Shown: piece by piece, positions 47,571 through 59,500 of the stretch | Numbering within the stretch: the first letter of the stretch is position 1 | Layout of the letters: the number at the start of each line of letters is the position of its first letter | NCBI GenBank assembly: GCA_950097015.1 | Contig: CATNEN010000001.1 | Location: forward strand, 1,364,001-1,428,000 | Origin: Macrostomum hystrix | Taxonomy: Eukaryota; Animalia; Platyhelminthes | Direction of reading: 5' to 3' | DNA length: 64,000 bases | Notes under the pieces: generated by a model | The model's database searches: none | What the model was told of the DNA's origin: nothing | Seen by the model: only the letters and a program-made list of their open reading frames with translations | Translations under genes and position numbers: made by a program

Positions 47571-50500
47571 ATGAAAGAAGAGACACGCTATCTTTGGATC
47601 AGTGAATTGCCTCCAAATATTACTCAGCAGACATTAATTGATATATATTCAAGGTGAGTCAAGCTGTTTAACCTGTCAATGATATTTAAAATAAGTATTT
47701 TAAAAAAGATCGTCTGCTTCTAGCAGACGAATTTGCTAATCTAGCAAACACTACGTAAGCGATTTAATGTTGACTTTTAAAGCTTATGAATAAACTGTAC
47801 AGGCTTGTAGACTTGGAAAACAGCAGAAGCCGTTTAGTTTAGTGTATGAACCGGTCACGGGAGCATCATTTACTGGCTCAAGCTTCGTCGTCAACCTCTG
47901 TTTTGGGCTCTGTTGTACTTTTAGTTTAGCAATAAAAAGAGTATCGTGTTATTAACAAAGCTAATCTTTGCTAGCTAGGCCTAGTTTGCCTGGCCAACTG
48001 TTCATAATACTAGGCCAACAAAATCAATTAGCCTTTATTGCAATAGGTCTTCTCTCTTGATTGTTCTTGGACCAGACCCAGTGTATCAATGACTCACAAA
48101 GTGATTCATAGATCAGAACCGATAGTGATATCTGAACTGAAATTTCAGTGAGTTTGTGCTAGCAAAGTTGTAGTGGATCTTTCAGTTCTATCTCGCTTGG
48201 GGAGCATCTAATCTAAGCTGGATACTCAGTGCAAGAAAAGTGCCACAATTTCCAGATTTTTTTCTATTCATTTTCGACCATTGTATGTCAGAAACATAAT
48301 CAGATAGGCTGTGCTTGGCAATTTGAAAAAGGAAGGAGTGAAGGTTTTCAGCGTGTTATTGGCATAATGTACTTTGCCCACTGCGAGGTAAGTAGTGCCT
48401 TTGTTCATTATTCGTTAAATGGTTGGCAATCGGAGTCTCTTCATATTGAAATCTGATCTGTCATTGGAAAGCTAATTTTAACTTGGACGAGTCACGAAAG
48501 CCCAGTATTTGGGCTTTGACTTCCTTCCAAATGAATAAAATGATAAATAACTAAATTTCCACTTCCTATTGTCACTTAACAATTTAGCCACGGTCGCATA
48601 CTAAGCACCAAAATTCACGAGGCCGGCCAGCTCAGAGGTGCAGTTGTATCTTTTCTGGACACTAAAACAGCTACGAAAGCTTGCTCAGCTAATCACCTAT
48701 TGAATGGTCAGTCAGTAACGCCTGAGTATTGTGATCAAGCAGGCGAACCCGGATTACAGAGGCTGAAGGATTCCGCTTGCATCAAATTTTCTCATAGGTG
48801 AGTTCAATTTTCAAGCTTTTTAACATATACGCAATTTTTACAACGAATTTATCTTCCAGCTTTTCCTTTGCCTTTCATTTGTCATTGTCAGATCCTCGTT
48901 GGAAAACGGATCTAGTGCCACAACGACCAGCGTTAATAATAATAACAGTCCTCCAAGCAAGTAAGATTTTTCTTGGCTTTTAATAATCCTTAATACTTTT
49001 GGCATGAGTCTTAAGTCCTTCTCTAACAGTGTTCAAAGTCTAAGAAAGCATTTTTTATTGTACTTCTGGCCTTCATATCATGCTTAGTATATTCTTTCCA
49101 TTAAATTATCTAGACGATACGTTTGAAATGTGAGCTACTTCTTTCTAATAGTGAGGTGGTGTCAATATAGAATGAAAACTGTATCTTCAATTCTTCTTTT
49201 AGGTTTGGGTAGGTTGAAAAATAAACTTGGCATTGTTAGAAGTAGTAGTTTTTCTTGCTTACTCACCCAATTCACCCCACTCATCTTGCTCTGTCCTGTC
49301 TGTCTTTGGCTTTACCCGGCTCCTCTATTGTGTTATGTTATATTACTATTATATATATGCATATATTCTCCTATGCTTGTCTTGTGTTGTGCGTGTGACG
49401 TGTATTAGTGTGCTTGAATTCTTTCTCTCCCAGCCCCCTCAAGGTCTTATTAAATATATAAGTGTATACGTATGTATAAAGCCTATGACTGGCCGTTAGC
49501 TGTGCTTATACTAAACCAAGCTAGCGAGAGAGACCCTGGCCCCTGCTGTTCCTACCACCAACCCCAAGCCTCTTGCTCTTCACCCCCTTTTCTAAACTGG
49601 CAGTAAAAATTTGGTTTGCGTGCTATAGAGGGGTTGGCTGGGCTATAGAGGGGGCCGGTCTTTGGAAAATTGGAGGGTTGGGGTGGGGTGAAGTGTTTGG
49701 GGTGGTGGGCTGGTTGCGCCGCCACGCTGCGTCCTGCATATCAATCTTTCAGGCGTGCCAGGCGCAAGAGCTAAACCCCCCTCAACCCCCTATAAACCGA
49801 CACTCTTAATAATGCATTACTATATTAGTATATGTATATTATATTAGTTTGGCTAGTTTAGAATTTTGGGGTGGTGGGTTTTCTAGGCTTACTCTTGTGC
49901 ACAGCGAACGTGTATATATAATAAATAACCCTCAGCCCCCTTTTCCTTTTCTATATATGGTTAGAAATGTACATTTTCCTTTTTACTACACAGTAGAAAA
50001 AATAGAATGATTTTGTGCGTGCCTGCTGGAGCCGGCACCCTCTGCATTTCCTTACCTCTCTTTCTCTCGCGTTTTTTGACAAAAAAACTTTGCCTCAGCC
50101 AAGCTACAGCGCCCAATGCATTGCATAGCCATGGTCCTATACAATAAATGTATTTTTACAAAGCAGTCCCTGCCTTTCCTGCCTTTCCTCCCTCCCCCTT
50201 TTGCTTCTACCACAACATCGCCCCATTTTTTAACCTGATCGCTTCTCCACCACTAACAACATTGCCACCTCCATATTTCCTCCCTTCTGCTGTTTCGCTT
50301 TTCTGCTTACTATAAGCAAGCAAGCATAAAAAACACAATGTACAGTTAGAAAATGGTTTTCCCTTTTTGCTTTGGCTAGATTTTCTCAGCGAAACATTCT
50401 TTGTAGACGACATGGTCGATACACTCGCATATGATCTATTCGTATATTTTTAGATTATACGATACAATAGAGGGCGTGCGAGTGAAACAATTTTTGTTCA

Positions 50501-53500
50501 GATCAAAACATCTCGCTGGTTTGCAGATTGATTTGTTCGTCTGCTTTTTTGTTCCTTTCTTGTCGATATTGACCCCACCTTTTTCTGCTTTTTTTCTTTG
50601 CAACGTTGCATTTTAGCTATGAAATTCTTCTTCGTTAATTTTATTCGAGCGAAGCCAATCGACCAGTTTAGGCTGGATAAGGAGGAAATTTGTTTTTTTT
50701 GCTTGCCTGCCTGAATTTCTTGTAGCTTGTCTTCGCTAGAAAAGAAGCTATTAAACCCCTTAAGCTATTCTATTATCATTTGATGTGGAAGACTTTCAAT
50801 GAGAACATTTTGGTTTAGGATGGGAAAGCCTTTCACTATAAAGCAAAGAACTTTCCTCTTTTGTTTTTGTGCACTCTCCTAATTCTTTTCTGCTTAATTG
50901 TGAAAGGAGACAGTGTTTTTATACCATTGTAAGATAAAGCCATTCCAAAAATGCGATTCAACGAGTCTTGTGATACTCATCTGTCCAGTTTGTGTACTCG
51001 CTGTGTGATGTTTTGCCTGTATTAGCAATGATTGACTAAAATCTATTGATGCTTTTCTTTTCTGTTTTTCTTTAATCTTGCCTCGTTTCAGGTTCAGATT
51101 TATTTTTCATCCCTATTTTACCTACCATCCCTCGGGCCGACGGCCCACGATGATTCCGCAGCGAGATTGAGGCAAGATATCAGGCTCCGATATTCAAAAA
51201 AGACACACTCTCATTCTTTCTTGAGCCGCTCGTGTCGACTCAACCCTCACGCTGGCGAGTCGTCTGACTGACTGCGACTGCTCCTGTACCCAATCCCAAT
51301 CTCTCTCCTTTTTGCCCACCACAGCCCATCTCGTCATCTAGCAGGGCTCTTGCTCACCATCTGATTTTTTGTTGAAGGGAGAAGGGAGAAAAATCCTCCT
51401 TCAATCTGAGCCGGCTCCCTCCCCTTTCCCCTTTCCTCGTCTCTGTCTTCCTCTTGGCGTTTCCTTTTCTATCTTTCATCTCGCAGCTGGTTTTCACTCG
51501 TGTTTTGCCCCGGCGTGTAGTGTAGCGTTACGAAATCAAATGACTAGCAGGGCGATGTCTCTGTGGGAGCAGCAGTAGTCCCAAAATGTGGCCTTCCTTT
51601 TTTCTATTCCTATTTGCACGAGTAGCCGCATATATTCGCGTGCATTCTCTGCTTCCTTACTTAAGCCTTACTAAATAAAGTTGTCAGCGCGCCCAGAATC
51701 CATCTATAGATCCTCTCCTCTTTTCCTCTCCAACCACTCTCCAATTCCCATCCGGCCCTACTCTTCTCCCACTCTATTTTCATTCCCAATAATCTTGCAG
51801 CCGCGTACACAGCCTCCACTCGGGGCCAATGCCACGGGCACTATATAGTCATACTAGTAGCTCTATAGTAGACCTTTTAAGCCCGCCAGTGTAGATGGGG
51901 CATGAGAGAGGAAAAGGGGAGACTCAAAGGCAACACAGAAAAATGAGGATTGAGATGAGAGACTTGGGTAGCGTAGGCCTTGATGGGGGTTCTAGGCGTT
52001 GCGCCCACCCCAGCTCCATTTCCCTATGGCCTTGCTCGTATTCCCTACGGGGATCCCGTCCTGCCTCTCTCTCTCCCCTAGGCTGTATGGCTGGGGAGCG
52101 ATGAGGAGGAACGACAAATATCGATTTTTTTCTGCCTAACCCAGTTCTCTTCCATCTCCTAACTGAAGTCGCTGTTCTCACTCAAGCCTTAGCTCATCTG
52201 GCTTGCTTAACGTCCTCCACGTTGTACAGTGCCACTGCCACACTTCAATCCCAGTAATCCTGCCTATAGTCCTTTGCATCATTCATGTAGAATATGCCTA
52301 GGTAGAATAGAAATAAATGACGTTTAGAGGCCGTATATGCCGATGAAATCCCAGTTTCCCCAGTGTCGAAAGCTCTCCCCTGCTTGCTCACTTCAGCCTC
52401 CTCATCTCTCCCTCAGGCTCCTTTTTATCAAATTCCCATCTTTCTTCTCTCTCCCCTCCTCATTCTCTTTACTAAAGGCCTATAGTTCCGTTTAGGAGTT
52501 TTTCTGTAGCCGCTAAACCCTGCAGTCTGCGCTATTCCACTAGTATTACTGCCATTATATTATTTTTACTTATTTTCAACTCCATTTTCAGCGAGCACAA
52601 TTAAGCGGCCCTAGCCCCACTTTCTTATTCTCTTTTCTTCGTCAAGCCAATCTCCTAGATTTTTTTCGCTTTTTAAAACCTATAGATGCCGATATGGACT
52701 GACTATGCGTTGCAGTAAGAATGTGCATATATAATAAAGGAAGACTGCAAAATCTTCTGGGACTAGGCGAGAGTCTGAGGCGCTTAATCAGATTAGCTCT
52801 GCTCCGCTAGATCACCCTACTCAACTTCTCAGCGTCCAGCTCAAACTGAATGAACTTTAATTATCGGTTTTATCTATCTTTCTCTAGCCGCAGGTCCAGA
52901 ATATCCTGAATACATTCACTTTTGCGGCTTTGGGAAGTAGGTTTTTTTGCTGTTACTTTTTTCTAAATCGATATTAAAGTAGATTGCATTGCCGATAATC
53001 TCTTTTTTTTCGCAGCTCTCACAAATCCTGCGGCAAGCGGCGGGATGACTGCAGTCCCATCGCCGCGGCAGCAGCAGACGGGGCTATTGAAGCTGACAAA
53101 AGGTCTAGAACCCTGAAGGTTTGCAACCTGCCAGATCGACTGTCTGGTAAGATTCTAAACAACTTTAATTACCATTATATAAGATTAACGATTACCGATT
53201 CATAGTTTAGATTTTTTAAATTTAACATTTTCTCCTCTCTTTAAAACATTCAGACTCCAGCCTTCAGAGCGGCCTATATCGCGAATTCCGCCGTTTAGGC
53301 CGCATTCTAGGCGTGCAATTGCACGGCGGCTTAATGGAGGATCGCTATGCCACTGTTATGTACAGGCGAGTAGACGATGCTGAACGAGCATTAGAGTCCA
53401 CTAGGGCCGGTAAGCACTATTGCGGCGCTAATTTGAGCGTTAAACGAACAACGGATGCTACTCACGCGACGCAGCAACAGCAACAGCAGCAGCAGCAGCA

Positions 53501-56500
53501 GCAACAACTGCAGCAACAGCAGCAGCAACAGTCGACTCAACAAGCTGCTCAAAATGACGATTCCACATCGTCAGTGCAGACGCCATCACCAGACGAGTTT
53601 CATCCCAGGGCGACGCGCACTTTATTTGTTGGCAATCTAGATCCCAAGACTGTTTGGGAGTCGGATCTGCGCGAAGCCTTGTCTCGTTTCGGCAATGTGC
53701 TGGTAAGCTTTTTTAAGTCTTTAAAGACTATCACTAGCCTTCTATCTGCACCTCTACTTTAATTCTCTTATCTTTTCCTGTTCTTATCTAATCACTTCCT
53801 GTTCTTATCTAATCTCTACCTGTTCTTATCTAATCTCTACCTGTTCTTATCTAATATCCACCTGTTCTTATCTAATATCCACCTGTTCTTATCTAATATC
53901 CACCTGTTCTTATCTAATCTCTACCTGTTCTTATCTAATATCCACCTGTTCTTATCTAATCTCTACCTGTTCTTATCTAATATCCACCTGTTCTTATCTA
54001 ATATCCACCTGTTCTTATCTAATCTCTACCTGTTCTTATCTAATATCCACCTGTTCTTATCTAATATCCACCTGTTCTTATCTAATCACTTCCTGTTCTT
54101 ATCTAATATCCACCTGTTCTTATCTAATCACTTCCTGTTCTTATCTAATATCCACCTGTTCTTATCTAATATCCACCTGTTCTTATCTAATCTCTACCTG
54201 TTCTTATCTAATATCCACCTGTTCTTATCTAATCTCTACCTGTTCTTATCTAATATCCACCTGTTCTTATCTAATATCCACCTGTTCTTATCTAATCTCC
54301 ACCTGTTCTAATATAATCTTTACCTGTTCCTATCTAATCTCCACTTGTTAATTTTAAAACTCTACCTGTTCTTTATTAATATTTACCAGGTCTTATTTAA
54401 TATTAACCCGTTCTTATGTTATCTCTACCAGTTCATATGTTATTTAGGTTGCATATTTGTGAATAGAATAGACGGCATGAATTTTTCTACTATATGAGAA
54501 TTCTAAAATTTAATTCTGTATGCAGAACGCGTACTATTATTTTCTGCTAATTTTCTCTCTCTGCCAATTTCCTGTCTTTCCTCTAAATTTTCTTGCTTTT
54601 CTGAGCAAATTTTAGAAATTGGGCGTGTTTCCAGGAGAAGCATTGGTGTAGCAATATGCTGTTCTTGCAAAATTCCAATGAGAATTGCTTTCGCTAGGCT
54701 ATACTCTATATTGCAGGCAAATATGTGTCCAGAGTCAATGCGCTATGTCTTGGAATTAGAGCATAACAAACACGCATGGATGTTAAATAGTTTAATATTA
54801 AGTACAATGCGTTTTTTAATCCGTAAAAAAGAAAGACAGATTTTGTTGCAACATTAAATAACTGCGCATTCCTGACCGACTAGTTTCCAAAAAAATTGCT
54901 TAGCGCAACTTTATTATAGTTGATTGTTTCCGGTTTAGATTAAAAAGTACAAACCGTTTTAGCTTTTACATATATAAAATGAAGCGCTTGTAGTGTACTT
55001 TTCAAATCTTTTTTATTCGTCTCTCTAACTAACTCACTCTCGCTCCCTGCCTTGCATAGTCTATGGGCCACACCCTGTTTTACCGCTTTGGGCCATAGAC
55101 AGTGAGTACAAGAGTTGGCGCTTAACTGGCTTGAAAACAGACTAGAATGAGAAAATTTTGCACTTAAAAAGCATACAAACATAAAACATTGTGTCTAACG
55201 CTACTTTACATTGCCAGGACATTGACATCAAAATTCAAAGCAGCAGCAATACAGGCGGCGGCGCTGGCGGTGGGAATTCCGCCACAGGCGGCAGCAGCTG
55301 CAGCGCCTACGCTTTCGTTCAATTTCCCGATATTAAAAGCGTCGTAGGAGTTTTAAAACGGCCCGATGCTATATCGCTTAAAGGCCAAAAGCCTAAACTC
55401 GGATTCGGCCGCTCGCCGCCAACCGAGTGCCTCTGGTTAGGCAACCTGTCTGAGAAGATCACCGAGTCCACTCTAACCAAGACCTTCTCAGCTCACGGTC
55501 GCGTACGCGATGTCTGCCTAAATTTAAATCGACTACGCGCCCTAGTGTACTTTCATCATTCCGACGAGGCGCAGAAGGCCTTAATGGAGACAAAGAATCG
55601 ACACCTGTGCGGCCGACGATTGCAGGCGGATTTTGCTAGCCAAAAGTGTCAGAAAGATTTCATGGAAGATCTAGATAGAACTGGCGGCAAATGTCGCAAT
55701 TATAAGTAAGTGAGCTTTTGATTTAAGGGAGGTCAAATTGAAGTTCAAGGAATCTTTAATGTAATTTAGATAACTTTCAATATCTAACTGTTCATTTGCC
55801 AAAATGTATCTCTCATTAAAGCAGAATATTCGAGCAGCTCTACCCGCCTGAATTCGACCGTGGCGGCGTTCACGGCCGAAGCGGCAGCGGTAGCAGCGGC
55901 GGCGGCGCCGGCACTGGCGGTGGCAGCGGCGGCAAAGGCGGCAGTCGCTATCGCGACCCAGTCATTGTAGAAGAATACGTCAAGGCTAATCATAAGCCGT
56001 GGCGGAAATTTCGCGATCGACACCACGACGTCGCTGGCGATCATTTTAGAAGGTGAGAGAAAATTTCAGCTTTTCTAATTTCTCTAAAATTTACGATGCC
56101 GAGGATATATTTCTAAGAAACAAAGCCATTTTTTGTTCCAGTCGACACGACGACTTCAATTCGCCATACTCGGATCACGGCTACGATGATTATTCATCAG
56201 CGCTGGGACGCACTCCGTCATCGAATCGCAGCGGCAGCTCGCGTCGACAACAGCACGGCGGCGGCGGCAGCGGAAACAGTCGCCGGCAACAGCAGTCGCA
56301 CTATAGTCGGCATCAGCAGCCAGTCGCTGCGTCGTCACCTTCGGGTAGTGGAAGTCAAAAATGCGGCGCCGGCGGTCGGCGCGGTGGCAGCGGCTGGCGG
56401 CACTCCAGTCGGTCGCCGAATGCCACCAAATCAACTCGGCACTCGGCTGATTCTTCCACATCGTCAAGTCCCGTTAGGCCAGCTCTGGGCAGCGGCGATC

Positions 56501-59500
56501 TGCGCTCTCTACTGGAGCGTAGTAATAGCCGTTTGGCTGCCAGCAACAAGCAGCAGCAGCAGCGGCGAAGAAGCGCCAGCAAAGGATCTTCGACAACGAC
56601 AGCGTCGGCGACTGCGGCCTCTACGCAACCAGCCAGACGCGGGCTGGCTTCGGTAGCAACGCTGGCAGTCTCTGCGGTTTCGTCTTCTTCCGCAACAGCT
56701 ACAACCGCCACTGTGGCTTCCAGCTGTACAGCGGCTCCCTTGTCCACATCTTCCCGCATGGACGGTCTTCACCATCAGCATCATCGGCATCATCAGCGCT
56801 CGCAAAATACCATCGATTCTAATCGTCGCAGACGTCATCGTCATTCTAGCAGCAGTGGCAGCAGCAGCAGCGCCAGCGGTACCGACACCAACACTAGCGA
56901 AGACGAAGAGTCTAATTTGTCCAGCTGCGGCGGTCACGGAGATCACGATGCCCCGATTGTCACTTCGACTAACGCGTCGATTGCATCGATTGTCACTGCC
57001 GCACCTGCCTCTGCCACTTTGGCAGCAGCGTCCGCTACTGCTTCGACATCGGCGTCAGCAACGGCTGCCGCAGCTACTGGCAGCACTCAGGACATGTCGT
57101 TGCGTAAATTGGAGCAGGAGAAGCAGATGCTATTGGCTCAGCTGGCCAATTTAGAGGATGCCCGCTCTGATTTAAGCGACAATTCTTCGGCTATCGGCAG
57201 CGATGCTGAGAATTCTTCTAGTAGAAGACAACAAAAGCAGCAACAGAGGAGGCAAAGAAGGAGCCGAGGTCGCGACTCGAATTCTTCTAAGCATAGTCGC
57301 GATGTCAGGTAAGTCATCATTTTTTACTTTCAAACAGTTATACACTTAAAATGATCCTCTTTTCATTGAGATCACATCATAAGTTCCTTTATTTTGGTTA
57401 GTCTATGGCCAAAATATAAATATTTTGCTTGATTTTTAATTAGCTAATCAATCGAAATGAATATAGCAAATGTGCATGGGCCTATTTGTCTGAGGAAAAA
57501 CTTGTCGATGGACTTATATTAGGACTAGAAAGTAAAATGTTTTTAATATAATTGGGTCGCCTCTTCACGCGAGGCAGTCGAAACAAAGTTTGGCCTGGCC
57601 TTTCCAGGCCAATTTATTTATAGGAAATTGTTTATAGCAATTTAAGGGAATAGTGCGCGAATTTTCTATCCGTCTCCCCGCCCCGTGTGTATCCCTATCC
57701 TAAATTCACTCCAGACTCTTGGCTTTGCCATTTGACGTTTGCCACTTCTATGAAAGTACATTTCCGCTTCAATTTACGACCGGTTTCTTTTTATTTGCAC
57801 AGCTCCCAGCCACAGCAAAAAGAGGCGGCTTCGCGACTAGCCGAGACATCAGCGGTAGCAGCGGCAGCGGAAGCAGTAGCTGGTACATCTGACCAGCCTA
57901 AACATTCAAAGCTACAGCATCAGCATTCAATGCGTTTGCAGCACAGTCCAGTTAGCTCCGATTCAGAGGATGCAAGCCAGAAGCGTCGTCAACGCGACAG
58001 GCGAGATAGTAGCGGCGATTCTAATACAGCTGCCGCCTCCGCATTCTCAGTTGCGTCATCTATCGACGTCGCCATCAAGGAGATCCGGCGCGAGGCGGCC
58101 GCAACGGCAGCAGCAGCGGTGGCGTCAGTCGATGAACAATCTAAGCAGGCAATAGTCAACGGTTGCGGGTCGCCAACTGTTTCTGCCGATTTGCGAGATC
58201 CCCGGCTTAGCTCGCAGCAGCAATCGCCGCTGTCTAGTAAGCAGCAGCCTCAGCCATCCAGTAGCAGTGGGGCAACCAGCGAACCCACCCAGGCAATGCT
58301 TCGACTACTGCACGATTTGGTCTCTCGCAGCCGTTCCGGTGACGTCCTCCCCGGCCAGACTGCTGCCGCGCCGCCTCCGCCGCCGCCGCCGCCACCTCCT
58401 CCTCTGCCTCCGCCGCCTCCGCCTCCTCCATCTCCGCCGACGCAGTCCCTGTCGTCATCCAGATCGCAGCATCACCATCACCATCATCATCACTATCCTC
58501 ATCATCATCATCAGCATCACGCTAATGCTGCGGCGACTACATCGACGCCGGCTGCTGGTCGGCCGCCGTCGCCTGATACGCTGGAGTCGGAGCAGGATCG
58601 CGAATTGGAGGCTAGAATCCGCGCCATCGATGCCAGACTAGCGCCAACTAGATTGCCATCATCCTCCGCCGTGTCGTCTTCGGCAGGCGTCTCTGCTTCC
58701 TCAGCTCCTTCGGCGACATTGACGTCGCTAGCCGTTGCGTCAGCATCTCTGGCGGCGTCAGCGACAGCGGCATCGACATCCTCTTCCTCTTCGTCTGCAT
58801 CCTCTACAGCCGCAGCAACAACTTTGACATCGGCGAAAATAGCGGCTTCCACTAGCGTTCCGGTGGCGACGCCTCAGCCGACTCCTCCGGCGCAGCCGAC
58901 GCCAACCATTGACTATAGCAAGTTTCGAATTCGCAAGCGCAACGAAACTCTCGCGCCATTGTGCGTCAACGCTGCCGCAGCTACTGCCGCTGCCTCTAGT
59001 GCTCTCTCGACTCCGGGCGGCTCCGTTCCAGCTTCCACCGCCAGCTCTTCGGCGCCGCCCAGCGCTCTGCCCCAGCCGCTGCAGTTGTCCGGCAGTGTCG
59101 CTTCCTCAGCCGTAGCGGCGCCATCGCTAACCGTGCCCGGCGTTGCTTCCGCACAGGCCGCTTCGCCTGCCCTAGTAGCCAGTGCCAGTGCGCCAATAAT
59201 ACAAGACACCAGCGACTTTGTCAAAAGCATGCTAGCTGCCTCATCTAAGCCGTCTGCGTTTGCCCTTGACGCCAGACGACTGGAACAGCAGCAGCAGCTT
59301 CAGCATCAGGTCCCTTTGTCAATCAATGTTGGCGGCTTTGTGTCCTCATCTGGCACAACCTCAACCTCGGCCATTCCTTCCATTCCTTCAACGCCGTCCT
59401 CCGCTGCTATTGCATCGCCTGCTAACTCGATGCCATTCTTTCAACAGCAGCAGCAGCTGCAGCACGTTAGCTGCTGGAGCCCGCAGACGCCATCGCCGTG

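Noticed and set aside
53045-53047. ATG as SPEN start codon
   Set aside because: Out of frame with RRM2; the conserved start MKEETRYLW is at 47571.
57590-57612. 9-bp hairpin TTGGCCTGG-ccttt-CCAGGCCAA in a SPEN intron
   Set aside because: Short enough to occur by chance in 64 kb; no supporting context.
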